A stretch of DNA of 64,000 nucleotides from Roseibacillus sp. (GCA_051251855.1 JBPOGI010000001.1:704001-768000); one strand, 5' to 3'. Numbered from the stretch's first letter, positions 1 to 11,034 are shown. Translations and numbers: made by a program. Notes: generated from the sequence alone by a model not told the origin.

Positions 1-752
1 TTGTCGGGAATGTCTTTGGAAGGAAAGGCAAGAGGCCAAGGCTCGGCGGTAGAGGCGGTGATGAATTTGCTGGCTCCGTTGTCCTTGATGGGGGCGATTT
101 CTTCGATGAAGGCTCCTTGGAAAGAGAGAATGAACCCCTTGATGGATTCATCAGTTTCGAGGTCGACGGAGCGGGCGTAGATATAGGTTTCTGGGACAGG
201 GTTGCGCTTGGCCTTGGAGAGTTGGTACAGGTGGAAGCTCTTGAGCGTGGTGTCGTTTTCCTTCTCGGTGATGAAGAATTGAAATTCGGGCTGCGTGGTT
301 TCGGAGCCTGGAGCGAGGAGCACTTGCGGGTTTTCCTCGACGGCTTTGAAGATTACCACTCGGGAGTTGAGCTTGGCCATTGGCGATAGAACGCCAGCCA
401 TGAACCAGCAAATAACGCTGAAGAAAAAGCCGAGCACAAAAATGGGAGTGGTGAGTCGAATGAGGCTTGCTCCCGAGGTGCGAAAGCCGACCAATTCATT
501 TTGAGAGGAAAGGCGCCCAATAACGAGGAGGACGGTGGTGAGAAAACCTACCGGAAGGGCAAACATGAGGGGGTAAGGCAAGCTGTAGAGCATGAACTTC
601 GCCACGAGAATGGGCGGCGCCTTGCGGGTGACGAGGAGGTCTCGGATCTCTTGGAAGAGAATCCCCATGATGAGGACCACGCATAGAAGAACCACCCCCA
701 TGATGGTTCCTGTGAAGACCTGTTGGCCTAGATAGCGGTCGGAGATTCGCAC
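1..752 (-). CDS. LptF/LptG family LPS export permease (3' end runs off window)
   Basis: Manual translation from GTG at 752: MRISDRYLGQQVFTGTIMG...LPYPLMFALPVGFLTTVLLVIGRLSSQNELVGFRTSGAS; DRY start and RLSxxNE..A/GxRxSG motif typical of LptF/G; absent from ORF track because truncated. Confidence 0.85.
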   Translation of the reverse strand, partial: MRISDRYLGQQVFTGTIMGVVLLCVVLIMGILFQEIRDLLVTRKAPPILVAKFMLYSLPYPLMFALPVGFLTTVLLVIGRLSSQNELVGFRTSGASLIRLTTPIFVLGFFFSVICWFMAGVLSPMAKLNSRVVIFKAVEENPQVLLAPGSETTQPEFQFFITEKENDTTLKSFHLYQLSKAKRNPVPETYIYARSVDLETDESIKGFILSFQGAFIEEIAPIKDNGASKFITASTAEPWPLAFPSKDIPD

Positions 753-765
753 TGCTCAGAGACTC

Positions 766-1665
766 CTATGTTGCTTCCCCGATATCAAACCCGAAAAGTT
801 CGTGGGCGGTGGAATTGGTGAGTTCATTGCGCTCGATACGCGTGAGCCAGGCTTCTTTGCGAAACCAAGTGCGTTGGCGTTTGGCATATTGGCGAGTGGA
901 AATGGTGATGCGTTCGCTGGTTTCGGCGAGGGTCATCTTGCCAGCGAGGTGCGCTTGGATTTCGGGGACTCCGATGGCTTTGGTCGCGGTGGTGGCGGTC
1001 GGGGCGAGGTGGGCCACTTCTTGCAGGGCGCCCTTTCGAAGCATGATTTCGGTGCGTTGGGCGATGCGGTCAGCGAGCTCGTCGCGGGGCCAGTCGAGAT
1101 AAAGGCCGCGTAAGTCGGGTGGGTCAGGCTGTTCCCAGTCGGAGCGGAGCTGAGAGACGGGCTGGCCTGTGAGGAGGCAGAGTTCCAGGGATCGCGTGAG
1201 GTAGCGGCGGTTCTTGAGGTCGATGGTGGCGGCCTCCGCTGGATCGAGTTTTTCGAGCCTTTGGGCAAGCTCGTCCATAGAAAAAGTTTCAAGCTGGGCG
1301 CGAATGGTCTCGTCACCTGCGGGAACAGGGGAAGGGCCGTGGGTAAGAAATTTGAGATAAAGACCTGAGCCTCCAACGACGAGAGGCGTTTTCCCCCGTG
1401 ATTGAATCTCCTCAATGACGGGCAATGCCATCTTGCGAAAGCGATTGGCGTCAAGGGTCTCGGCAGTCTCGAGGACGGAATAAAGGTGATGGGGTGCTTG
1501 CTCCTGTTCCTCGAGAGAGGGAGACGCGGCGATGGTCTCGAGCCCGCGATAGAGCTGGAAGGCATCGGCGTTCACGATTTCGCCATCCAATCTCTCTGCC
1601 AAGCTCAGTGCGAGACTGGACTTGCCTGAGGCGGTGGGGCCGCAGAGGTAGAGAGGGGAGGTCAT
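766..1665 (-). CDS. miaA: tRNA dimethylallyltransferase
   Basis: GPTASGKS P-loop, NADAFQLYRG, VGGSGLY, TRQYAKRQRTWF. Confidence 0.97.
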   Translation of the reverse strand: MTSPLYLCGPTASGKSSLALSLAERLDGEIVNADAFQLYRGLETIAASPSLEEQEQAPHHLYSVLETAETLDANRFRKMALPVIEEIQSRGKTPLVVGGSGLYLKFLTHGPSPVPAGDETIRAQLETFSMDELAQRLEKLDPAEAATIDLKNRRYLTRSLELCLLTGQPVSQLRSDWEQPDPPDLRGLYLDWPRDELADRIAQRTEIMLRKGALQEVAHLAPTATTATKAIGVPEIQAHLAGKMTLAETSERITISTRQYAKRQRTWFRKEAWLTRIERNELTNSTAHELFGFDIGEAT

Positions 1666-1689
1666 GTTGGCGAACTGCCGGCCCCCACG

Positions 1690-2787
1690 CTAGAGTCGTT
1701 CGAGGATGGCGTTGGTGATCTCGGCGGTGTTGGCGAGGGTTTCTCCTTCGGATTTGCTGTAGATGTCTCCGGTGCGGAAGCCGTCCTCGATGGTCTTGGC
1801 GACTGCGGCGTCGATGGCGTCAGCAGCTGCGGCAGCCCCGAGGGAGTAGCGAAGCAGCATGGAGAGAGAGAGAATCTGCGCGATAGGGTTGGCGATGCCT
1901 TGGCCGGCGATGTCGGGAGCAGAGCCTCCGGAGGGCTCATACATGCCGAAGCTGAGTCCTTGGTCGTTGATCTCGGCCAAAGAGGCGGAGGGGAGCATGC
2001 CGAGTGAACCGGAAATCATGGCCATTTCGTCGGAAAGAATGTCTCCAAAAAGGTTGCCGGTGACGATGACGTCGAAGTCGGGCGCGCGGCGGATGAGCTG
2101 CATGGCAGCGTTGTCGACGTAAAGATGGTCGAGGGTGACATCGGGATAGTCCTTGGCGACTTCCTCGATGACTTCGCGCCAAAGGACGGAAACGGCGAGC
2201 ACGTTGGCTTTGTCGACAGAGGTCAGGCGCTTGTCGCGTCCTTGGGCTGCTTTGAAAGCGACATGGGCGATGCGCTCGATCTCGGAGCGGCGATAGACCA
2301 TGGTGTCGACAGCGGCTTCTTCGCCCTCGCGCTCTTCGCGACCTTTGGGAGAACCGAAGTAGATTCCGCCGGTAAGTTCGCGCACGCAAAGAACGTCAAA
2401 ACCCTTGCTAATGAGTTCGTTTTTAACGGGTGAGGCGTCAATGAGTTGAGGGAGGCAGACTCCTGGGCGCAGATTGGCGAAAAGGCCAAAATGCTTGCGT
2501 AAAGGAAGGAGGGCGCCGCGCTCGGGCTGGATGTCGGGGGGGAGATTTTCCCACTTGGGGCCGCCAACGGAACCGAAGAGAATAGCGTCGGATGCTTCGC
2601 AGGCCGCCAAGGTGTCGGCTGGGAGAGGAGTGCCGCTGTCGTCGATCGCAGCACCGCCAACTAGGTGGGTGCTTGCGGAAACTTCGAGCGAGAATTTTTC
2701 AGATACGGAGTCGAGAACGCGGAGGGCTTGGTCCATGACTTCGGGACCGATGCCATCGCCGGGAAGAACTGCAATTGAGTGTGCCAT
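1690..2787 (-). CDS. leuB: 3-isopropylmalate dehydrogenase
   Basis: [49 protein letters not shown]. Confidence 0.97.
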   Translation of the reverse strand: MAHSIAVLPGDGIGPEVMDQALRVLDSVSEKFSLEVSASTHLVGGAAIDDSGTPLPADTLAACEASDAILFGSVGGPKWENLPPDIQPERGALLPLRKHFGLFANLRPGVCLPQLIDASPVKNELISKGFDVLCVRELTGGIYFGSPKGREEREGEEAAVDTMVYRRSEIERIAHVAFKAAQGRDKRLTSVDKANVLAVSVLWREVIEEVAKDYPDVTLDHLYVDNAAMQLIRRAPDFDVIVTGNLFGDILSDEMAMISGSLGMLPSASLAEINDQGLSFGMYEPSGGSAPDIAGQGIANPIAQILSLSMLLRYSLGAAAAADAIDAAVAKTIEDGFRTGDIYSKSEGETLANTAEITNAILERL

Positions 2788-2844
2788 GTGGGGCGAGGAG
2801 ATGCCATGGCTGACGATTTTTGAAAATAGTGGAGTTGGAGAAAA

Positions 2845-4119
2845 TTACGATTCGTTCCAAGCGGGGAGGGTTTCGGTAAGGATTTCGAGAATGTGTTTGC
2901 GCTCGGACTTCGAGAGGTAGCCAAAGTCGGGGTGGTCTTGAGGGTTCTCGAGGATGTTGCGAAGCTTCTTGAGAACCTCCTTTTTAAGCAAGGGATGGAG
3001 GTGAGTGAAGGCGGCAGAGTGGATGAGATAACTGCAACGGTACTTGAAGAGACGCTCGTAAAGGCGCAAATCGCGCAGAGAGCGACCACGATTGGTGGTG
3101 TGGGCGCTTTTTAGAAAGGCTTTCTGAAAGGCCTCGGAGCCTTCGACGCCATCATCGACGAGCTCGAATTCACCTTCAAAGAGGAGGGCGCGCACGATCT
3201 TGTCTCCGTAATGGTCAAGGGCGTGACGATAGGTGTCTGCAAGGGGGCCGTCAGTGGATTCGCCTGAGGCCTTGCGGATAGCTTCGTTTTGATAAAGGAA
3301 GCGCTGGGTGGCGAGGTGCCCGCTGAGGATGGTGTTTTGGACGGTCACTTGATGTTCGAGAATCATTAGCGCAACGGCATCACTCGAGCCGCCTGTGAGA
3401 TAGGGTTTGGTATTGAGGAAGGGAGAAAGATCGGCAACCGCTTGGCTCCGAGTCAAAGATTCGCGATGTTCGTCTTTGCTGAAAGTGGTGTTACCGAGGT
3501 GGCCGGGGTTGCCGGCACGTCCGGTGACATACCAACCTCCCCAGCGTTCGACTATGGGGCTGTGGTGGGTGGTGTCGAAAGAACCCCAGTCAAAAAGCGG
3601 GCGTCCTGATTTGTCGGGATAGACAGACCGGATGAGAATGCCGGGAACTCCGTCTGTGACTGAGCTGGCGTGACAAGTGAGGCAGCCGCGGTCGCGACGT
3701 AACTCGGGCACTTGTCCCTTTTTACGACGATTGAGATCGATGAGGTGGAAGACAGCCCCGAGCGTTTTATCAAAGGTGATGGCTTCAATGTTACCACCCT
3801 GAACCCAGCCGATATAGGCGTCGTCGGAGAAGTAGATGGCGCGCGGAGTCCAAGGGCTGATGCGCGCGTTCTGGGCGCTGGTCTTCGAGTAGACGAGAAC
3901 TTGGGACTCGATAGGAATGTTGAGAGCAGCGAGGATTTCAGAGAGGATTTCGCGATCGGTTTCGCCACGGAGGAGTGATTCTCCGGACTCGATACGCTGG
4001 AAAATCTCGGTGAGAGGGGTGACTGCTTCGGCCTTAGAATAGTTGACGGGAGCGTTCTCGTAGAATTTTTCTCCGCAGAGTGGGAGACTCAAGATGAGAA
4101 GAAGTGAGAGAAGGCGCAT
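2845..4119 (-). CDS. Secreted hypothetical protein with a single CxxCH heme-binding motif (PVC-type family)
   Basis: Signal peptide MRLLSLLLILSLPLCG; CLTCH motif; SQVLVYSKTS, PRAIYF and ERWGGWYVTG blocks resembling a Planctomycete/Verrucomicrobia family. Confidence 0.7.
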   Translation of the reverse strand: MRLLSLLLILSLPLCGEKFYENAPVNYSKAEAVTPLTEIFQRIESGESLLRGETDREILSEILAALNIPIESQVLVYSKTSAQNARISPWTPRAIYFSDDAYIGWVQGGNIEAITFDKTLGAVFHLIDLNRRKKGQVPELRRDRGCLTCHASSVTDGVPGILIRSVYPDKSGRPLFDWGSFDTTHHSPIVERWGGWYVTGRAGNPGHLGNTTFSKDEHRESLTRSQAVADLSPFLNTKPYLTGGSSDAVALMILEHQVTVQNTILSGHLATQRFLYQNEAIRKASGESTDGPLADTYRHALDHYGDKIVRALLFEGEFELVDDGVEGSEAFQKAFLKSAHTTNRGRSLRDLRLYERLFKYRCSYLIHSAAFTHLHPLLKKEVLKKLRNILENPQDHPDFGYLSKSERKHILEILTETLPAWNES

Positions 4120-4202
4120 GGAGGGATGATAGCTCTGTTCGGTTTTAGCCTGCTTCGCAAGGCTTGCGCAATGATGGGCGTTTTGGGTGAATAGGAGAAC
4201 CT

Positions 4203-4234
4203 AAAAAGGGCGACACCTTGGTGCCGCCCCCTTT
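4203..4234 (-). terminator. Intrinsic terminator downstream of YccA-like gene
   Basis: Minus strand GGGCGGCACC-AA-GGTGTCGCCC followed by TTTTT. Confidence 0.75.
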
Positions 4235-4258
4235 GAGAAAGGTGATTAGCTCTGAACT

Positions 4259-4960
4259 TTAGTCGCGGCTCATGAAGATGCGAAGAAGATACCAGAAGAG
4301 AAGAGCAACGCTGGCGAAGAGACCCAGGGACGCCGCGACGTATTGGTCGGTCCGGTAGTGGTGAATCATGTTCGAGGTGTTATAGAGGATAGAAGCTGAG
4401 GCGAGGACGACCATGCCGATAGAGAACCAGAGACCGAGGTCGAACCCAGCGAGGCCGGGGATGGGCAGGAACTGCATCACGATGAGGCCAAGGGCGATGA
4501 AGCCACCGATTTTGATGATGCCACCGAGGAAGGAGAAGTCCTTCTTGGTGGTGAAAGCGACGAGGCTTATACCAAAGGTGAGGGCGCCGGTGGCGACTGC
4601 GGCTTTGGTAATGACCCCGGGGTAAACAGTCGCGGCGACCAATATCATGGGTAAAAAAAGGATGGAGTAGGCGAAAACGAAGAGTCCTAGACCAAGATAT
4701 TGTTTGGAGAGAGAGGTGGCTGAATGGGCCCACTTCTCGGAAATCCAAGAGACGAACATGAAGAGACCCAGCACGATGAGCCAGTTCGCACCCATCATCT
4801 GCGCCAGATTAACCATGGCGGGAATCTGCATATAGACCGCGAGAAGAAGCGCTAAGGCTGCGGTGGCTCCGGCGACGTGGTAGTAGGTCTTGCGGATGAA
4901 TTCTGCACGCTGGTCGACAGAGGCAGCGCTGACGGCATAGGGGTTGGCTTGGTCAAACAT
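4259..4960 (-). CDS. Bax inhibitor-1/YccA family membrane protein
   Basis: RAEFIRKTY, ~7 TM helices, [37 protein letters not shown]. Confidence 0.9.
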   Translation of the reverse strand: MFDQANPYAVSAASVDQRAEFIRKTYYHVAGATAALALLLAVYMQIPAMVNLAQMMGANWLIVLGLFMFVSWISEKWAHSATSLSKQYLGLGLFVFAYSILFLPMILVAATVYPGVITKAAVATGALTFGISLVAFTTKKDFSFLGGIIKIGGFIALGLIVMQFLPIPGLAGFDLGLWFSIGMVVLASASILYNTSNMIHHYRTDQYVAASLGLFASVALLFWYLLRIFMSRD

Positions 4961-5016
4961 TGTTTCTTTTCTACGGACGCAAAATAGTGGCTTTTCTCTA
5001 AAATGCGAAGTTTTTC

Positions 5017-5040
5017 GGTGGACTGGAATGTCCGCTCCTA
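5017..5040. repeat. Single REP-like palindrome (TAGGAGC-headed family)
   Basis: Minus strand TAGGAGCGGACATTCCAGTCCACC; GGAGC head plus hairpin as in elements at 37449-37824. Confidence 0.45.
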
Positions 5041-5078
5041 TTCTTGCACCTGAGCGCTCTCAGGCTACCTTTAGCAAC

Positions 5079-5819
5079 ATGAACGAAGGATTATTTTTAC
5101 TTTCTGGCCTGATTGCTCAAATGGGGCTCGGGAACATCGGTATGAGCTATTGGGTGATTATCGGGATTTCGACTCTCGCCAGTTGGCTGGTTGGAAAGCG
5201 TTTGAAGAGTAAGTTCGCTCAGTATTCGCAAGTTCCCATCGAGATGAGTGGCCGCGAGATTGCAGAGCGCATGCTCAGTGAAAATGGGCTGAACGATGTC
5301 CAAATCATCAGCACGCCGGGGCGTTTGACCGACCACTACAATCCCGGGGACAAAACAGTGAACCTGAGTGAGGCGGTCTACAATCAGCGCAACGTTGCTG
5401 CCGCAGCGGTGGCAGCTCACGAGTGTGGCCATGCCATTCAGCATGCGAAGTCCTATGCCTTTTTGACAATGCGTTCCAAATTGGTGCCAGCGGTGGGTTT
5501 GGCGAGTCGCATGATGGGGCCGATCATGATGATTTCGGTCATGGGTGCGATGTTTACGGGGAATCCAATGATTCTAGGTCTGGTGGTTGTTGCTTTGGGA
5601 ATTACCACCCTCTTTGCTTTTGTGACTCTGCCAGTGGAGTTCGATGCCAGCAAGCGGGCGTTGGCTTGGATTAACGCGAGTGGGCAAACAGGCTCGATGG
5701 GGCAGGACCAGGCGAAGGATGCCCTCTTTTGGGCCGCGATGACCTATACCGTGGCTGCTCTCGCTTCTTTGGCGCAGCTTCTCTACTACGTCTACATGAT
5801 GTTGGGACGCCGAAATTAA
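5079..5819 (+). CDS. Zinc metallopeptidase, YugP/Zn_peptidase_2 family
   Basis: LTDHYNP, AVAAHECGHAIQH (HExxH), VTLPVEFDASKRA, AAMTY; start reassigned to ATG 5079 just after a promoter-like element. Confidence 0.9.
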   Translation: MNEGLFLLSGLIAQMGLGNIGMSYWVIIGISTLASWLVGKRLKSKFAQYSQVPIEMSGREIAERMLSENGLNDVQIISTPGRLTDHYNPGDKTVNLSEAVYNQRNVAAAAVAAHECGHAIQHAKSYAFLTMRSKLVPAVGLASRMMGPIMMISVMGAMFTGNPMILGLVVVALGITTLFAFVTLPVEFDASKRALAWINASGQTGSMGQDQAKDALFWAAMTYTVAALASLAQLLYYVYMMLGRRN

Positions 5820-5839
5820 CAGGGCCGGCGAGCGAGAAT

Positions 5840-7285
5840 TTACTCTGGGGCAGGAATGTCTTTGTCCATTTTTCGAAGGCTCTCTTCGGCTGCCTGATAG
5901 GCTTGGTGTCCGGTGGAGTTGCCGGGGAGGAGAGCTTGTTCTTCGATATTGAGGCATTCGAGCAGCATCTTTGTGAGGGCTAGGTCGAGGGGGCTGCTTT
6001 CTCGGTTGGTGAGAAGGTTGTGGTGTTCGTGGGGATCCGAGAGGTGGTCGTATAGTTCTTCCGACCCGTCTCGGTAGTGGATGTAGCGCTCGTTGAGGGT
6101 GCGCACGGAAAAGTTACCGGGACCGAAGGAGGTGATGGCGCGATAGTGTCCTTCTGATTGAGAATTCTTCAGAAGAGGGATGAGCGACTGGCCTTCTTGC
6201 GAGTTGTCGGTGGGTAAATTCGCGAGAGAAATAAGGGTGGGGAAAATATCGAGGAGTTGGGCAGGTTGCTTGGCGACTTGCTCTGCGGGAAAGCCGGGGG
6301 CAGCGATGATGAGGGGGACGTGGGTGCCGTCTTCCCAAAGGCTGCGTTTGGCCCAGCGTTCCTTTTCACCGAGGTGAAATCCGTGATCGGAGAAGAGAAC
6401 GATGATGGTGTTGTCCTTGTGGGGACCGGAATCGAGAGCATCGAGAACTCGCCCGACTTGATGATCGGCGAAGGCGATGGAGGCGAGGTAAGCTTGCACG
6501 GCGTGCTTCCATTCTCCGGACTCGAGGATCCAATCGTGGGTGGGGGCGACGTGTTTGAGTGTGGTGAGGTCAAGAGCGTAGGGCGAGATATCTGCGAGGT
6601 CGTTGTTGGTGACTTTAGGTAGTTTGATTTGCTCAAGAGGAAAGAGGTCGAACCATTTTTGTGGGGCATACATGGGAACGTGTGGCCTCCAGAATCCGAC
6701 ACCCATAAAGAACGGTTTTTCGTGCTCCTTGGTAAGTTCCTCGATAGCCCAGTCTGCCACTTTCTGGTCCGGCATTTCGTCGTCCTTTTCGGGGAACGCG
6801 CCCCAATCCCAGAGGGGGTGACCGTGGGGCTGGGAGATTTTCTTGTCGGGAGTAGGACCGAAGCCTCCCATTTGACCGCCGTATTTTTCGAAGAAGCGTT
6901 CGTTGCCGGCGTGGAAGAGTTTACCTGCGGCAAGGGTGTGGTAGCCGTTTCGAGCGAAATACTCGGGGAGGGTGGGTAGGTCTTTGAGAAGTGGAGCCTG
7001 TTTTAGGTCAGGACTAAGAAAGTAGACGCCGCTGCTATGAGGATAGCGTCCGGTCATCAAGCTGGCCCGAGAGGGATTGCAGACGGGAGATTGACAATGA
7101 GCATTGGAAAAAAGGGTGCCGCGTTTTGCGAGGCGGTCGATGTTGGGCGTGCGCGCTTGCGGGTGGCCATCCATGCAGCCAACCCAGTCGTTGAGGTCGT
7201 CAATCGAGATGAGGAGGACGTTAGGTTTCTTCTCTGCTTGGAGGCAGGGCAGGGTCAAGAGAAGGGTGAGGAGGGCGCGAAGCAT
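5840..7285 (-). CDS. Cys-type sulfatase (iduronate-2-sulfatase/choline sulfatase-like), secreted
   Basis: Signal peptide; KPNVLLISIDDL, CNPSRASLMTG (CxPxR), GKLFH, SDHG, WAK. Confidence 0.92.
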   Translation of the reverse strand: MLRALLTLLLTLPCLQAEKKPNVLLISIDDLNDWVGCMDGHPQARTPNIDRLAKRGTLFSNAHCQSPVCNPSRASLMTGRYPHSSGVYFLSPDLKQAPLLKDLPTLPEYFARNGYHTLAAGKLFHAGNERFFEKYGGQMGGFGPTPDKKISQPHGHPLWDWGAFPEKDDEMPDQKVADWAIEELTKEHEKPFFMGVGFWRPHVPMYAPQKWFDLFPLEQIKLPKVTNNDLADISPYALDLTTLKHVAPTHDWILESGEWKHAVQAYLASIAFADHQVGRVLDALDSGPHKDNTIIVLFSDHGFHLGEKERWAKRSLWEDGTHVPLIIAAPGFPAEQVAKQPAQLLDIFPTLISLANLPTDNSQEGQSLIPLLKNSQSEGHYRAITSFGPGNFSVRTLNERYIHYRDGSEELYDHLSDPHEHHNLLTNRESSPLDLALTKMLLECLNIEEQALLPGNSTGHQAYQAAEESLRKMDKDIPAPE

Positions 7286-7388
7286 TGCGTAAGGGTAGGT
7301 TTCTTGCTTCGGTTAGCAAGAAGTGAGCCTAGGAGAGGTGGTTAGGTCTCTGAAGAACGTCTGGCCAGTGAAAGAATGATGGACCCCG

Positions 7389-9734
7389 CTACTGGAGGGT
7401 CTGGAGATAAGAGAGAAGATGCTCGAGGTCTTGGGGAGGGATAACGCCTTCGAAGGAAGGCATCGCTGGTTCGAAGCCCTCGGCGATTTCGGCAGCAGGG
7501 TCGAGAATGGATTCACGGAGTTTGTCTTTGTTGAGTCGTTGAGCAATTCCATTAAGCGAGGGGCCGGTAAGCTCTTGACCGTCGAGGGAGTGGCAGCCGA
7601 CGCAACCGACTTTGGTGAAGATTTGTTTTCCTGACTCCGAGTCGCCGAGTTGAAGTTCGGGTTGGTCTCCTTGGTTCTGGGCGAGCTCTCGTAGTTCGGA
7701 CTTGCTGGCCTCTGGAAGGCGGTTTGGATGGGTGTATAGATGGATGGGAAAGGTGGAGGTGGCGTTACTGATATTGAGCTGCAGATCGAACACGTCGGAA
7801 CGCCGTAGGGTGTCAAAAAAGACGACGAACTTTTTCCGATCTTTGGAAAGGGCAAAGCTTTGAGGCATTAATTGATGTTCGCCTGGCTCATCATTCCAAA
7901 GGTAGTGTCCAGAACCGTATTTGGGCGTTCGTTTGATATTGAAGAGGCGAAGGGTCGGGTTCCCGGGGGTGATGTTTTCTTCTTTGGTGAGGGGACGATT
8001 AAAAGAGACGACGACCTTGTTGTTGTTAACCTGAAGGGCGACAGGAGTCGGGAAGGACTGACTCTGCTCGATGGAGGCGAGACCAACGAACTTGGGCGTG
8101 GTGGGGAGGTATCCCGAGATGCCAAGCCCGGTGACGTAGAGACGGCCTGACTTGGGGTGGGTGGCTCCGTTGAGAATGGGGAAGTCGGTTTGGAGAGGGA
8201 GTTGCCAAGAAAAGGGTTGTTTCCATTTCAGAGGCGTTTCGACCGCGAACAAGCGGCCGTTCCAAGAAGCTTGTAAGAAGGTTTCAGGAAGATCGGGAAA
8301 AGCCTTCGCAGAGGTGGTACAAAAAGCGGCGCTCGAGCGATTGGCCTGATAGGGATACCAGAGAAGAGGAGGAGTGGCTGGCTCCCGTCTTTCGAAGTTG
8401 GTGGGCTCGAAGCCAAGGAAGGGGCGATTCGTAGTGATCAGGTGAAGGGGACTACTAGGAATATAGTGGCCTTGCTGGTCGGAGGCGAAGATGGTGCCGT
8501 CTTTACGAAGGCCAACATAGGGGAGGCGAAGTCCGTCGGCGAGGACGGTAGCCTTTTTGCCGTCAGGAGTGATATGAAGGATAGTGCCGCGGTGCTCGGA
8601 GAGTTCGTTTTCGATGCCCTTTTTTTCGGGTTCGAAAAGGCCCCCTTTGGCAATGAGAAAAGAGCCGTCTTCTCTGATGGCGAGAGAGGTGGCGTAGTCG
8701 CGGGTGTGAAGGGTTTGCAGGAATGCGTCGGAGGCGTTGCGGAATTCGTCGATGAAGCCGTCGTCGTTGAGGTCGATGAGTTCCGTGATTTGGTCACGGC
8801 CAAGCGTAAAGAGACGGTCTTTGGAGTCGACTTCGATAGCCATGGGCTCGAAGAGTCCAGTGGCGATACGGGTCCAACGAGAGACGGGCTGAGAGATGTC
8901 TTCGATCTGCCAGATATCGCCATCGAGGGTGGTGAGGTAGGCGATTCCATTTTTGCGAAAGGCGATGTCAGTGGCGCGAACAGGGCGAACGCTTTCGGTA
9001 GGGAAATTGAGGGGCCGGATGGTGAAGGGGGCTTTTTCTTCCGGGCCTGGGTTCTTGACTGAATAAAGGGTCGGAAAGGCGGGAGTGGCTGGCTCGTTCC
9101 TGTTAGGAAATGGAGTTGAGGAGGGCGCTGAGGAGCGTCTTCCCTTGAATGGAAAGGTGACGATCTCGGTGGGAAGAGAAGATGCTGGGAGGCTTATCGT
9201 CGTATCAGACTTTGTTACTAAGGAGAAAATTTCATCATGAAGATGGGTGATGAACTGGTGTCTGATATCAGTTCCGATGCGATAGCTGAGAATGGGCTGC
9301 TTGCCTCGAAGAGAGATGCCCATCCATTCGGCTCTCATTTGCTTGAGAAAGTCTGGACGATATTTTTCGCTGAAAACGTAGCGAGTCTTGCCAATCAGGC
9401 GTGGCGCTTTTTTTGCTTTGGCCTTCTTGTCGGGGAAGGAAACTCCGGCCATGGAGTCGTAGGTAAGAGGTGCTTTCCCTTCGGGAGCGTCCCAGACGAC
9501 GACCCATTGCAAGGAGTCGGGGTCGAAGCAGGCCCAGCGGTTCTTGAATCCTACGGGGACGATAACACCACGGCGAACAGAGCGTTCGCTACCCTCGTGT
9601 TCAAAAACGAGGGCAGAACGCAGGAAAGGGGTCTCGGGTTCTAGGAAGCCGTCTGCAGGTAGGTCGGCTTGGCCCTTTTGTGCAGGCACAAAGAGGGTCA
9701 AGGCTAGCCAGACGAGAAGACATCGAAGAGACAT
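7389..9734 (-). CDS. Secreted beta-propeller + c-type cytochrome protein (DUF6797-like)
   Basis: Signal peptide; propeller-like middle (DLNDDGFIDE, ADGLRLP); C-terminal CVGCH, GPSL, ESILDP and AMP axial Met. Confidence 0.75.
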   Translation of the reverse strand: MSLRCLLVWLALTLFVPAQKGQADLPADGFLEPETPFLRSALVFEHEGSERSVRRGVIVPVGFKNRWACFDPDSLQWVVVWDAPEGKAPLTYDSMAGVSFPDKKAKAKKAPRLIGKTRYVFSEKYRPDFLKQMRAEWMGISLRGKQPILSYRIGTDIRHQFITHLHDEIFSLVTKSDTTISLPASSLPTEIVTFPFKGRRSSAPSSTPFPNRNEPATPAFPTLYSVKNPGPEEKAPFTIRPLNFPTESVRPVRATDIAFRKNGIAYLTTLDGDIWQIEDISQPVSRWTRIATGLFEPMAIEVDSKDRLFTLGRDQITELIDLNDDGFIDEFRNASDAFLQTLHTRDYATSLAIREDGSFLIAKGGLFEPEKKGIENELSEHRGTILHITPDGKKATVLADGLRLPYVGLRKDGTIFASDQQGHYIPSSPLHLITTNRPFLGFEPTNFERREPATPPLLWYPYQANRSSAAFCTTSAKAFPDLPETFLQASWNGRLFAVETPLKWKQPFSWQLPLQTDFPILNGATHPKSGRLYVTGLGISGYLPTTPKFVGLASIEQSQSFPTPVALQVNNNKVVVSFNRPLTKEENITPGNPTLRLFNIKRTPKYGSGHYLWNDEPGEHQLMPQSFALSKDRKKFVVFFDTLRRSDVFDLQLNISNATSTFPIHLYTHPNRLPEASKSELRELAQNQGDQPELQLGDSESGKQIFTKVGCVGCHSLDGQELTGPSLNGIAQRLNKDKLRESILDPAAEIAEGFEPAMPSFEGVIPPQDLEHLLSYLQTLQ

Positions 9735-9763
9735 GTTGAAGACTACGTTAGCTTGGGAGAAGA

Positions 9764-10900
9764 TTAGTCAACCTTGACCCAACGCTCCTCATTATTCGAG
9801 GTCCAGCTAAGTTCTGCAAGTTGGACTCCTTTGGCTCCTTCGCGCAGAGACCAGCGAAAAGGCTCGTCGCAGGCGACGTGTTTGAGGAAGAGTTCCCACT
9901 GGGCTTTGAAGGCATTGTCGCACTCGCCAGGGGAGACCTCTTCCCAACCGTCGTAGTAATCGATGGGGCTGTCCATGTCGGGATTCCAGACCGGGACAGG
10001 GGTGTTGTCCATGGATTGGGCCCAGCACTTGCGAAGTCCGACGATGGCGGAGCCCTTTGTGCCGTCCACTTGCATCACGAGGAGGTCGTCGCGGCGGACG
10101 CGAACGTTCCAAGAGGAGTTGAATTGGCAAAAGACGCCGGTATCGGTCTTGAACATGGCATAGGCTGAATCGTCGGCGGTGCATTTGTATGGCTTGCCGT
10201 CTTCACCGATGCGCTCGGGGATGTGGGTGGCGGCGTGGCTCATCACGCTGGTAATATTACCAAAGAGATTACCGACGACGTATTGCCAGTGACAATGCAT
10301 GTCGATGATGATGCCGCCGCCATCTTCGTTGCGGTAGTTCCAAGAAGGACGCTGGGGTGGGCGTTCGTCATCGTGTCCGGTGAAGACCCAATAGCCGAAT
10401 TCGCCGCGAACGCTGAGAATATCTCCGAAGAAGCCTTCTTCTTTGAGTTTCTTGAAGGCCATGATGCCGGGGAGCCAGAGCTTGTCTTGCACGGTGCCGT
10501 TCTTGACGCCAGCGGCCTCGGCGACTTCGGCAATGCGAAGGGCTTCTGAGTATTCGGTAGCGGTGGGCTTTTCACAATAGACGTGCTTGCCGGCAGCGAT
10601 GGCTTTCTCGAGGAAAGGAATGCGGTAGGGAGTTCCAGAGGCGTCGAAAAAGATTTCGTTGTAGTCATCAGCGAGGGCCGCATCGAGGTCGTCGCTGTAG
10701 CGCTCGACGCCGTGCTTCTCGGCGAGGGCCTTCACTTTTTCCAAGTTGCGTCCTGTGAGGATGGGGTCGGGCATGATGGTGATGTCGCCGCACTGGACGC
10801 CACCTTGCTCGCGAATAGCGAGGATGGAGCGGATAAGGTGTTGGTTAGTGCCCATGCGTCCAGTGACGCCGTTCATGATGATTCCGATAGTTTTAGTCAT
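9764..10900 (-). CDS. Gfo/Idh/MocA family NAD-dependent oxidoreductase
   Basis: IMNGVTGRMG, AGKHVYCEKP, GGGIIIDM. Confidence 0.92.
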   Translation of the reverse strand: MTKTIGIIMNGVTGRMGTNQHLIRSILAIREQGGVQCGDITIMPDPILTGRNLEKVKALAEKHGVERYSDDLDAALADDYNEIFFDASGTPYRIPFLEKAIAAGKHVYCEKPTATEYSEALRIAEVAEAAGVKNGTVQDKLWLPGIMAFKKLKEEGFFGDILSVRGEFGYWVFTGHDDERPPQRPSWNYRNEDGGGIIIDMHCHWQYVVGNLFGNITSVMSHAATHIPERIGEDGKPYKCTADDSAYAMFKTDTGVFCQFNSSWNVRVRRDDLLVMQVDGTKGSAIVGLRKCWAQSMDNTPVPVWNPDMDSPIDYYDGWEEVSPGECDNAFKAQWELFLKHVACDEPFRWSLREGAKGVQLAELSWTSNNEERWVKVD

Positions 10901-10922
10901 TGTGAGATTGTTTGGATTGATT

Positions 10923-11026
10923 CACCGCAAAGAGCGCGAAGGGCGCAAAGTGACGGGGTTGTTTTTGATAGAAATTAAGTGAGAAAAATGGAGTGGGATT
11001 GTTTTTTGTGCTTTGCGTTCTTCGCG
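10923..11026. repeat. Inverted pair of 9-nt-periodic CGCAAAG/CGCGAAG repeats
   Basis: CGCAAAGAG-CGCGAAGGG-CGCAAAG (10926-10950) can pair with CTTTGCGTTCTTCGCG (11011-11026). Confidence 0.6.
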
Positions 11027-11034
11027 GCGGAGTT